Of a DNA stretch of 32,000 bases, positions 1 to 8,706 are shown one piece after another. A program made the translations under genes and the position numbers. The stretch comes from Candidatus Baldrarchaeum yapensis (lineage in GTDB: Archaea > Asgardarchaeota > Baldrarchaeia > Baldrarchaeales > Baldrarchaeaceae), in contig JAEOSH010000016.1 of the NCBI GenBank assembly GCA_016840465.1, positions 8,926 through 40,925 on the forward strand. Direction: 5' to 3'. Numbering within the stretch: position 1 is the stretch's first letter; each line of letters opens with the position of its first letter. Under the pieces are notes generated by a model. It did not search any database. It was not told where the DNA came from and saw only the letters and a list, made by a program, of their open reading frames with translations.

Positions 1-4
1 GAAG

Positions 5-994
5 ATGGACGAGGAAGTGATATTCGGCGTTGGAGCGCTTGTTTTTGGAATACTTATGGTACTTCATAGGTTTTTGATGGGGTTTACGTGGTTTCTTATA
101 ATATTTGCGCTAATGGGAGTTTTTGCGTCGGTATTTCTGGTAAATCTCGTGAAATTTCTGCCGAGGAACTTTCCTCAAGGAAAGGTAAGAGAGTTTGGTA
201 TTTGCGGGTGCATCTTCCTAGCGTATAATACGGGATCAGGTATAAGCGTCATCGTGAGTGTACCGCTCAGCGTCAGAATTGGAGGATGGCGTGGCATTTT
301 CCTCGTATACGGGTTGATTTCTATATTCTTCTCGATCCTATTCTTTGTGATGAACAGAATATTTGCACATTTGTATGGTCCGAGAATGACGAGAAAGGAG
401 GCCGATGGAAAAGGAAAGATAGAACTTGCATTCATAAGGTTGCTTATAGTAGTGATGTTGCTGTTATTTGTGCTTTCTGGGGTCTGGATAGGGGTTACAA
501 CGCAGCTTCCACGAGTTTTGTTGCAGTGTCAGTGGACGCTTTCAGAGGTTGGTATGATCCTAGGTGCTCTATTTTGGTCAGCCGTAGTTGGGAACCTTGT
601 TATTTTGTTCTTACAGAGAAAGTTTGTACGAAAGATACAGGCTAGTACATTCTTGGGATCTGCGGCTGCTCTGGCGATGCTACTCATGACATTACCGTCT
701 CTGCATTTTTTCATATGGCTAGGCTCGGTGATCATAGGGTTTTCATTAGGTAGTATGGAGATTCTCATTGGTTCCCTTATTCTTGAGAGATTTCCATTAG
801 ACTTTTCTGAGGTTGTACTAGGCGTTATAGTAGTGATGTTGCTAATAATGGTTTCTGTCGGAGGGGCTCTCTTTTCCATACTCTTGGGCCTAATAGGGAT
901 GGCTTCCTTAGATAGGGTATATGTATTTCCGGTCATATGTAGCATTCTTCTAATGCTATCGGTCGCGCTCATGTTTTTAATTCCGGGGGATTAG
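5..994 (+). CDS. MFS-type transporter, possibly 5'-truncated by the window edge
   Basis: Two blocks of hydrophobic helices separated by a polar loop, with 'GWRGIFLVYG' resembling the MFS helix-6 motif. The frame is open back to base 2 and 329 aa is short for MFS, so the start may lie upstream. Confidence 0.7.
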   Translation: MDEEVIFGVGALVFGILMVLHRFLMGFTWFLIIFALMGVFASVFLVNLVKFLPRNFPQGKVREFGICGCIFLAYNTGSGISVIVSVPLSVRIGGWRGIFLVYGLISIFFSILFFVMNRIFAHLYGPRMTRKEADGKGKIELAFIRLLIVVMLLLFVLSGVWIGVTTQLPRVLLQCQWTLSEVGMILGALFWSAVVGNLVILFLQRKFVRKIQASTFLGSAAALAMLLMTLPSLHFFIWLGSVIIGFSLGSMEILIGSLILERFPLDFSEVVLGVIVVMLLIMVSVGGALFSILLGLIGMASLDRVYVFPVICSILLMLSVALMFLIPGD

Positions 995-996
995 CA

Positions 997-1851
997 GTGT
1001 CACTATCGATTGTACTAATAGTAATTATCGTAATTTCCGCAGTGGTGATCGCGCACATAATTTCAACGAACCTCACATTGTATCTTTTCTACAAAAGGGC
1101 AATGAAGGTATCAAAGCGGGTAATTCCAGTAATTAACTCTGAAATTGACACAGTAATGAAGAAATCAGAAGTCTCATTATCGAAAACTGTACGACCGTTC
1201 CTAAGTGACATGATCATGCTGAGATACGAACCCTACATGATATTTTCTCGTAAATTTGATGAATCCGTGGTATTGGATGGTAAGAAATTGCATTCGATGT
1301 TTGGTGCGCCCATCCTCAACAAGGATGGAAAAAGTATTGGAGCGTACTTCTATTGGAAAAGGTATCTATGTTTTACGACAACTCATATACTGAGAGCGTT
1401 CATCTCCCTAGAACTGAATGGTTTCTCGGTTTATGGAGCGGCAAAAGATAAGCAGAAGTTGAATGAGGCGTTACGCGTAATAGTAACTGATGACGTGTTT
1501 GCCTGTATAGGCGAAGTTCACGTTACACGTTTTAAAGTAAGGGAGAGGATTATCACCACAAAAAAGACACTATTACGACCTGTGGCAATAGTAGATTCCA
1601 CAAATGGCCGGCGCTTCGAGATATCATACGATTTTATGAAGATTCCGGGTATAAGGGAAAGGCATATGTTCAGGCGCGCAAGGATACTTTATAATGAAAA
1701 ATTGGTGGCGGAGATGGTCCGCCATAGGGGATATACTGCATTAGTCCCGGGGAAGCACATTAATCTCATCGATAATAGGTTGTTATTAGTCGCATTAGTG
1801 CTCATGGCCGAGCATCTATGGAATCTCCGGTCATCCGGATTCCTTCTTTGA
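997..1851 (+). CDS. Membrane-anchored hypothetical protein; C-terminus resembles the LURP-one/Tubby-C/scramblase fold
   Basis: GTG start 2 nt after the MFS stop, one N-terminal TM helix, a beta-rich body, and a terminal hydrophobic helix (NRLLLVALVLMAE). Confidence 0.5.
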   Translation: MSLSIVLIVIIVISAVVIAHIISTNLTLYLFYKRAMKVSKRVIPVINSEIDTVMKKSEVSLSKTVRPFLSDMIMLRYEPYMIFSRKFDESVVLDGKKLHSMFGAPILNKDGKSIGAYFYWKRYLCFTTTHILRAFISLELNGFSVYGAAKDKQKLNEALRVIVTDDVFACIGEVHVTRFKVRERIITTKKTLLRPVAIVDSTNGRRFEISYDFMKIPGIRERHMFRRARILYNEKLVAEMVRHRGYTALVPGKHINLIDNRLLLVALVLMAEHLWNLRSSGFLL

Positions 1852-3822
1852 TTCTCTGACAAGATGGAGTATGTCACACGCCTCTAGTCCGTAGCTGAAA
1901 GCGGCCGTTATGAGGTTGTGATAGCATGTGGGGCATGCGGTGGAAATTCTCTCGGCATCCGTTTCCTGTGCCATCATACCTATCTTGTCTGACATCTTTT
2001 CTGCGACTTCTTGGATGTACATATTAAGCGGGCCACCACAGCACCATGCGAGATTTCTAGATTCCTCCATTTCCACAAATTCGAGGTTTTCTATGGATTC
2101 CAACACCTTCCTGGGCGGATCATATATTCCGAGGTGGCGACCCAAGTGACATGGGTCATGATACGTTACTTTCACGCTAGATGGCATTTTTAGGCGTAAT
2201 TTTCCACTTTCAATGGCTTCTGCGAGAATTTCGGTTATGTGCAGAAAATTTATACCTGATGCCCTGTAGTGCTTCTTGAATGTCCTGAGGCACATCGGAC
2301 AAACCGTTATAACGGTTGATATGCCCATATTTTCCATCCTTGTCCTAACCATCTCCATTATTTCATTGAACTTCCTCCTCATGCCGATGAGGAGCAACGG
2401 CCCTCCGCAACAAATCTCATCTCTTCCCAAAAAGGTGAAATCCACGCCTAGGAACTCTAATATTTCGAAGGAGGCTACCGCGATGTCTTTATAGCTTATT
2501 GATGCCGTGCATCCAATAAACAGAAGTGTTTCACTTCTTCTTTCCCTCTTGGGCAGTCGCGCTTTAATCCCTGCACCGAATGGATCAAATTTTGTGAGAA
2601 TATTCGTGGCGACATTTTTCAGTTCATCGGGGTACAGATCCTTCTCTTCGCACATCTCCCTAATGGTTTCAACGTGACTTCCCGCATTTATCTGCACTGG
2701 GCAAACTTCTCCGCATCTATAGCATTCAGTACACAAGAACAGCCCCGCTTCTACTCCTCTTTCAAGTCCTTCGGTTAATGCGGTGAAGCATACCCCCCTT
2801 CCGCCAAGATAAGGATCTCCTCCGAAGACGTTTCCAACGGCGTTGTAGACGGGGCATTCAACAAGACAATATCCACAGCCTATACAGTAAAGCAACTCGC
2901 CAAACCCCGCTTCAATGATGTTTGTTCTGCCAGCATCGAGTAAAATAAGACAGAGATCTTTGGCCCCATGTACTCCTCTGTATAGCTTCTTTTCAATATC
3001 GGCCGTCTTACTCGGGCCCGAAACGATATTTATGAATGATGTGGTGATAGAACCTGTCGCGTAGAACGTTTGAAGCAGGACTGCGTTTAGGGCGTCCTCG
3101 AGAGAAGGAAGTATTTTGTCTATTGAGGTTATTATCAGCACCTTTTCACAATCCTGCAAGATACGTGATATGTTTCCCTCATTGTGGATTGCAACGAGCG
3201 CGCCTTCATTTAGGGCTATCGCATTTGCGCCTATTATACCGATTCGAGACTCCCGATACCCCTTCTCGATATTTTCTTTAATTACACGAACAAGAACCTG
3301 AGGATCCGGTTCTACATCGATATTTAAGGTCCTAGATAGCATTTGCGCAATTTCGGTTCTCGAGAAATGGCATGCAGGGCCCGTTGGATGAGCCGGCTTC
3401 TCTCCCGCCAATTGGATTATTCTATCTCCAATATCCGTCTCCACAACCTCAATTCCCTTCCTTTCTAATTCCCTCGTGAGATGTATCTCCTTAGAAACGT
3501 TCGATTTTGATTTCACGAGGACTTTTTCCCCCTTCACCTCCCTTAATATGAAGTTGAGGGCTTCCTCACGTGTTTTTGCGAAATATACGCGAATTCCTGC
3601 AGATTCGAGTTTCGGTATCAACTCGTCCACTGCACGCTTTATATCCTTCAAGATTCTCTCTTTTGCTTCCCGAAGTTTTGCCTTCTTGCGTTCGAGGTCA
3701 CTCATTATACTCATGTTTTGCTTCTGCCTGACTTTGACCTCCATGAAGGCCGCTCGCATCGCATTAAGTCTTTCTTCCGCACTTAATGCTCGCAGGGCCA
3801 ATTCCCTAACGTTCTTGTCCAT
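1831..3822 (-). CDS. LUD-domain Fe-S oxidoreductase: LutB/LldF-like region fused to a CCG-domain (LutA/GlpC/HdrD-like) region
   Basis: LutB-like motifs KSKSNVSKE, ETDIGDRIIQLAGEKPAHP and VSGPSKTADIE; two ferredoxin motifs CIGCGYCLVECP and CTECYRCGEVCP; CCG motifs ICCGG, YHDPCHLGR and WCCGG. Confidence 0.85.
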   Translation of the reverse strand: MDKNVRELALRALSAEERLNAMRAAFMEVKVRQKQNMSIMSDLERKKAKLREAKERILKDIKRAVDELIPKLESAGIRVYFAKTREEALNFILREVKGEKVLVKSKSNVSKEIHLTRELERKGIEVVETDIGDRIIQLAGEKPAHPTGPACHFSRTEIAQMLSRTLNIDVEPDPQVLVRVIKENIEKGYRESRIGIIGANAIALNEGALVAIHNEGNISRILQDCEKVLIITSIDKILPSLEDALNAVLLQTFYATGSITTSFINIVSGPSKTADIEKKLYRGVHGAKDLCLILLDAGRTNIIEAGFGELLYCIGCGYCLVECPVYNAVGNVFGGDPYLGGRGVCFTALTEGLERGVEAGLFLCTECYRCGEVCPVQINAGSHVETIREMCEEKDLYPDELKNVATNILTKFDPFGAGIKARLPKRERRSETLLFIGCTASISYKDIAVASFEILEFLGVDFTFLGRDEICCGGPLLLIGMRRKFNEIMEMVRTRMENMGISTVITVCPMCLRTFKKHYRASGINFLHITEILAEAIESGKLRLKMPSSVKVTYHDPCHLGRHLGIYDPPRKVLESIENLEFVEMEESRNLAWCCGGPLNMYIQEVAEKMSDKIGMMAQETDAERISTACPTCYHNLITAAFSYGLEACDILHLVRESKKESG

Positions 3823-3921
3823 TTCCCTGACCCCATTCTTCCAAAACGATTATACCTTCACATTCCAAAGAAGACATAAGAAGATAACTGACCCTCATTA
3901 CGGCGTGATGAGCTGATCGAC

Positions 3922-4521
3922 ATGAGCGATGAGGGCAAAATTGATCCGTTGCTTATTAGATTCATGATAGAGTTATTTGATGCGATTTCGGAGGGGATGG
4001 TGTCTCGTGTTGTCTACTTGGGTGCGTTTATTGATGAGATTCTAGGGTTAGCAGAAAAACTGAGAAGCGACGGCGTTTTAGGAGATTTGGAAAAGACGAA
4101 TTTTAAGAGAACGTGTGATTTCTTAAGGGAAATGTGGAGTGTACGTTATGCGTTCTTCATTAGGATTGCGTTCTCGATTTGTATTTTGCTGATTGGAGCC
4201 TCAGTTTTGTTGTTTTTAGGGCTTACGACAATTTCAGATTGCGCATTCCTGTTATTACTCACCCTGCCGATTGCAATCACGTTTTTGTGGATTCAATGCA
4301 ATGGATACTCTAAAAGATTATTACAGGAGTACGAGGATGTCGTTAGCCCTCCGGTTTTCGTGAAACAGACCGCTAAAGAAGTTGTTCAAGATTTAATAGG
4401 GTTGTGCAAGAATATGGGGTTGCCAAAGGCCATCGGCATTCTAAGGTTGTTTAATGGAGAGTATGAGGGAATTAGAATCATCAAAAAAGTGAATGATGAG
4501 ATTTTATGCGAGATTTCGTGA
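3922..4521 (+). CDS. Hypothetical protein with two central TM helices
   Basis: 199-aa ORF with two adjacent hydrophobic segments; no family recognised. Confidence 0.65.
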   Translation: MSDEGKIDPLLIRFMIELFDAISEGMVSRVVYLGAFIDEILGLAEKLRSDGVLGDLEKTNFKRTCDFLREMWSVRYAFFIRIAFSICILLIGASVLLFLGLTTISDCAFLLLLTLPIAITFLWIQCNGYSKRLLQEYEDVVSPPVFVKQTAKEVVQDLIGLCKNMGLPKAIGILRLFNGEYEGIRIIKKVNDEILCEIS

Positions 4522-4656
4522 ATCATTAGAGTGCTGAATCGAATTGCTCCATCAGTAGGGTCCAAAATCATATTGCTTGCGTGGGGAGTGCCCGCGCAAG
4601 ACTATTGTAAAGAGTTTTAACTACATTCACAATACATTTAAATCCTCTAACCTTTC

Positions 4657-4678
4657 CTTACCGATTGTTATAAGTAAG
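4657..4678 (+). promoter_or_regulatory. Candidate TATA box (TTATAA 4668-4673) flanked by a CTTAC/GTAAG inverted repeat; possible antitoxin operator
   Basis: CTTAC at 4657-4661 and GTAAG at 4674-4678 bracket TTATAA about 40 nt upstream of the antitoxin ATG. The arms are short, so this may be chance. Confidence 0.3.
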
Positions 4679-4712
4679 ACTGTTGATATATTGTAAGAAT
4701 TAGTGATGTTGT

Positions 4713-4976
4713 ATGTACGAAATAGTTAGTGTTACCAAGAAGGGTCAGGCGACCATACCGAAGAGGTTACGAGAGAAGTACGGCATCCAGGACAAGGTTA
4801 TGGTTATAGATGTAGGTTACGGGATACTCCTTAAGCCGGTACCAACGCCCGATCAGGCATATGGGTCTCTCAAAGGGTTGTTTGGCAAAAAATCGTCAAA
4901 GGAATTACTAAGGGAAGCAAGAGAGGAAGACCTAGAAAAGGAGAAGAGGTTACTAGAGCATGTCGGTGAAAAGTAA
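4713..4976 (+). CDS. vapB: AbrB/MazE/SpoVT-family antitoxin
   Basis: VTKKGQATIPKRLREKYGI is the AbrB signature; the gene overlaps the downstream PIN gene. Confidence 0.9.
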   Translation: MYEIVSVTKKGQATIPKRLREKYGIQDKVMVIDVGYGILLKPVPTPDQAYGSLKGLFGKKSSKELLREAREEDLEKEKRLLEHVGEK

Positions 4977-5388
4977 GGAGAGAATAGTCTTCGATACTGA
5001 GGCCATTCTTGCCTTTTATTTGGGAGAGGAGGGCGGTGATGTGGTAAGAGATTATCTTAAGAGAGTCCAAGCGGAGGAAATTGAGGGGTACTTCAATATA
5101 GTCAATTTAACGGAATTTTACTACATACTTTATAGACGGGATCCTAAGATCGCGGAGGAAAAGGAGAAAGAACTCCGACTTTTCGGTGTCACCATTGTCC
5201 CCATAGAGGATGATGAAATTTGGAGAGAGGCTGGGAAAATAAAGGGGAAACACGCATTGTCTCTTGCGGATGCCTTTGCCGCCGCAACTGCCAAGGTGTT
5301 AGGTGGCAAATTGCTAACTGGTAGCGATGAAGAGTTCGAGGGCTTAGACTTAGAGGTAATAAGAATAAGAAAGAAAAAGGATTCCTGA
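4960..5388 (+). CDS. vapC: PIN-domain toxin (type II TA)
   Basis: VFDTEA, NLTEFYY, LSLADAFAAATA and LLTGSDEEF supply the PIN acidic residues; 17-nt overlap with the antitoxin. Confidence 0.92.
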   Translation: MSVKSKERIVFDTEAILAFYLGEEGGDVVRDYLKRVQAEEIEGYFNIVNLTEFYYILYRRDPKIAEEKEKELRLFGVTIVPIEDDEIWREAGKIKGKHALSLADAFAAATAKVLGGKLLTGSDEEFEGLDLEVIRIRKKKDS

Positions 5389-5451
5389 GATCCATGAGAG
5401 CTTATAAATTCCAAGATTATCTCCTAGTTTCATGAACACGAGTATCCCGTA

Positions 5452-7127
5452 TTACTGCAAAATTGCGCCTTTTGAGGGCGACGTTACATATTTCCGATAT
5501 CTTGCAAGAATGGTTCCTTCTTTCACCCTATTCTCGACCTCTCGTGGTACTCTCCACTCCTCTCTTCGCCTTCCTAATTCTTTCTCGGGAACGAGAAGTT
5601 CGAGTTTCCTTCCGGTATATCTATGAGTATCTGATCCCCGTCCTCAACTAATGCTATAGGCCCGCCCTCGTATGCCTCGGGCGGTACATGACCTATGCAT
5701 GGACCTCTTGTGGCGCCGCTGAACCTTCCATCGGTAACCAGTGCAACTTTATCCCCCAATCCCGATGAAATAACCGCTGCCGTCACCGATAGCATTTCTC
5801 TCATGCCCGGTCCTCCCTTTGGCCCCTCGTACCGTATTACGATCACTTCACCCTCTTTTATTGTCCCCATCAACGACGACGTTGAACGCCTCCTCTTCGG
5901 AGTTAAATACGCGGGCCACACCCTTGAACTTGAGCATAGACTTGCTGACGGCGCTCTGTTTTACAACAGCCCCTTCTGGTGCAAGTGTACCATACAATAT
6001 CGCTATGCCGCCCTCTCTCCTTACAGAATTGGAAACTGGTCTGATGATGTCGGTATTTCCCACGCGAGCGTCTTTGACATTTTCCCATACAGTCTTTCCG
6101 GTCACTGTAAGGCAGTTTTTCTTAATTAATCCCGCATCGCCCAGTACCTTGAGCACTGCTGGTACTCCACCCGCACGGTCGAGATCCTCCAAGTGATATG
6201 GACCGGAGGGACTGAGTGCTGTAATTGTTGGCACTTTTCTGCTAATTTCGTCAAACGTTTGCAGGGAGAGTTCCACACCAGCGCACTTTGCAATTGCGAT
6301 CAGGTGGAGTATCGTGTTTGTTGAACCACCAAGCGCCATATCAACGGCTATTGCGTTTTCAAAGGCGTCCTCTGTAAGGATATCAGATGGACAAACATTC
6401 TTTTCAAGCAACTTCATGACACATCTTCCCGCGTTGCGGGCAACGTGTATCCTTCTTCTATCAACGGCCGGAATTGTCGATGAGCCGGGAAGCACGAGTC
6501 CTAGCGCCTCGGTAAGGATGTTCATCGTATTTGCGGTAAAGAGCCCGGCGCAACTTCCGCACGTGGGCATAGCACATCTTCCGATTTCATTTAACTCCTC
6601 CTCGCTCATAGTTCCTCTTTTAGCGGCTTCAACTACCTCGAATAGGTCCTTGAGATCAATTTTTCTGCCTTTAAAGGTTCCGGCAAGAGACGGGGCGCCA
6701 TTTATGAAGATCGATGGAATATCCACCCGAGCTGCGGCCATCAGCATTCCTGGGACTATTTTATTGCAGTTAGTTATGAACACGGCGGCATCAAAGCGGT
6801 GCGCCTCGAGCATTATCTCGACCGCGTCAGCGATTATGTCCCTACTGGGCAGGGAGTAACGCATATCAATATGCCCCATAGCTATTCCGTCACAAACTGC
6901 GATAACATTGAACTCCAGGGTACCCCGCCCATTTCCCTTATGCCTTCTCTGGCGGCTTCCGCAATGCTCCTAAGGTGTATATGGCCCGGAGAGGTCTCAC
7001 TATAACTGTTGATGATTGCAATCAACGGTTTGCGGAAATCCGAGTCGTCGAGTCCGATTGCCCTAAAGAGCGCTCTATGAGGGATCCTCTCGGGGCCTAC
7101 GTGTACGGTAACACTCCTATGCTTCAT
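5452..7127 (-). pseudogene. ilvD: Dihydroxy-acid dehydratase split by three single-base frameshifts (pseudogene or assembly error)
   Basis: Pieces 6882-7169, 5848-6879, 5574-5921 and an unlisted tail ending TAA at 5452-5454 join into 558 aa after +1 at 6918-6920, -1 at 5865-5868 and +1 at 5610-5611. Motifs: [51 protein letters not shown] precedes ATG 7127. Confidence 0.9.
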
Positions 7128-7255
7128 AGATCCTCTCTCCTGATCTTTCATCTCTCTTCCATATACCATATATGAATGATTTGTTGGGGTCGGTGGATAA
7201 TTTGTTTAACGCTAACCTTTCAAATTTCAGCCCACTTCTTAACGAAGGTGATGCT

Positions 7256-7741
7256 ATGGTACATGCGATGGAGCATAAGATATGGGCGGGCTTCATCTTC
7301 TCGTTATACTACATGATCTTCGAGAGGTATTTTGCAGTTCTACGGGTTCCATTTTGGCCTGCACTCCTAATAACGATCCTAGGGGCGCATTTCCCGGACT
7401 TCGATCTCGACTTCGGCAGACGTTTTCATAGAAGCCCCATAACTCACAGCGCGCTTATACCTGCTATTCTCTTCGCATATCACATTTTGTACATTCTCGA
7501 CAAAACGTCGCTGGTGCTCATGGCGTTGTTCTTTCTGGGATATGCCTCACATCTTCTACTAGACATATTCCCGGCAAATGCGTCGATATTAAAAAGGTTT
7601 ACTTACATTTTCCGCAATTACGTTCCCGGAGATATTAGAGGGATACCCAAAAGATACGAAAAAACCTTTCTAGTCGTGTCCGGCGTTCTTTGCATAGTAT
7701 TTGCGGTCGTATTCCTTACAGTTGCAGCATTTACGCTTTAG
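7256..7741 (+). CDS. Membrane-bound metal-dependent hydrolase (YdjM/DUF457-like)
   Basis: Motifs FPDFD, HRSPITHS and SHLLLD in hydrophobic helices. ATG 7256 follows GAAGGTGA and is preferred over the ORF-track start 7172. Confidence 0.8.
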   Translation: MVHAMEHKIWAGFIFSLYYMIFERYFAVLRVPFWPALLITILGAHFPDFDLDFGRRFHRSPITHSALIPAILFAYHILYILDKTSLVLMALFFLGYASHLLLDIFPANASILKRFTYIFRNYVPGDIRGIPKRYEKTFLVVSGVLCIVFAVVFLTVAAFTL

Positions 7742-7754
7742 ACAACATTAGCGA

Positions 7755-8459
7755 TTAGATTAGGCGGCTTATTATTGCCAAGAATACGACCGCCAGCAAT
7801 AACATCGCAATTGCGGCTATTATCAACAATATGAGTTCGCTCTCGGAGGGGTAATGAGGCATCTGCTCGGGGTGTGCTAGAAGTTCACCAGCTGTTTCTG
7901 GCGATATCACATCTCCCTTCACCGATGCACTTATTATGCTAATTATCGGTTCGGGCTCCTGCAACAGGTCGCCATAAGCAGAGGGATCCGCCGGGTCTTC
8001 TCCCGCATGCTTTCTAAGGAAATAGCGCACCCACACCTCCTCGAGCAACGCACTGGATAAAAAATACTGTCTCACCTTATCGGCGTATACTACGATATTG
8101 TCAGTCACCTGATCGTACATTATGGAGTAGGTAATGTTTCTTATCCTCACAAAGAACGGTCTGTTTTTCAGATAGTTTTTTAACGACCTCCAAAAGTCCT
8201 TGAATGCTATACGAAGGGCGTACTCGAGGTCGGTGAGATGTGATGGAACTTTTACTGGGCTTACTTCTATGAGGTCTCGGACGGTGAGGGGTTTCATGCA
8301 GAGGGGGCATGTTCCCTTTTCTTTTAACCACTGCATGATATGATTCTTATGACCCTTTACGTGACAGTACGGGCATTCTACGATGGCATCGCTTTCCTTC
8401 AACACCTTAAAACATATTATGCATCTCTCCTGCTCGCGATCCTCGGCTCCTTCGCTCAT
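7755..8459 (-). CDS. RING-variant zinc-finger protein with C-terminal transmembrane tail (putative E3 ligase)
   Basis: C-x2-C-x12-C-x2-C-x4-H-x2-H-x3-W-x6-C-P-x-C at residues 13-54; a hydrophobic C-terminal stretch of about 25 aa. Confidence 0.8.
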   Translation of the reverse strand: MSEGAEDREQERCIICFKVLKESDAIVECPYCHVKGHKNHIMQWLKEKGTCPLCMKPLTVRDLIEVSPVKVPSHLTDLEYALRIAFKDFWRSLKNYLKNRPFFVRIRNITYSIMYDQVTDNIVVYADKVRQYFLSSALLEEVWVRYFLRKHAGEDPADPSAYGDLLQEPEPIISIISASVKGDVISPETAGELLAHPEQMPHYPSESELILLIIAAIAMLLLAVVFLAIISRLI

Positions 8460-8706
8460 TTTGAACGTCTCCGCAATTTTTACTCCTTAAGTGCGCAGAT
8501 GACATCGTGAGACGCACAGTCATGTTATTCTTACCATCCGGTTTAAGAAGTCTTTCTGATGCGGTGTTTTCAAAGATTCCTCCAAACATTTGCCTCAAGT
8601 ACCATAATGTTGTGTAATTGCCGCGAGTAGTCTTTTTACAAACTTGAAATGCAAATGCATTACAGATGATGCGTCACTTTAATTTCACATTAAAGCGTAG
8701 GAATTT

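Noticed and set aside
3905-3916. GTGATGA followed by CTGA (perfect C and D boxes)
   Set aside because: Only 1 nt apart, with no guide region or terminal stem; it overlaps the likely RBS region of the 3922 gene.
5452-7127. Programmed frameshifting or Sec/Pyl readthrough in ilvD
   Set aside because: Three shifts in mixed directions, no X-XXY-YYZ slippery heptamer at the sites, and the continuation after each stop is in another frame.
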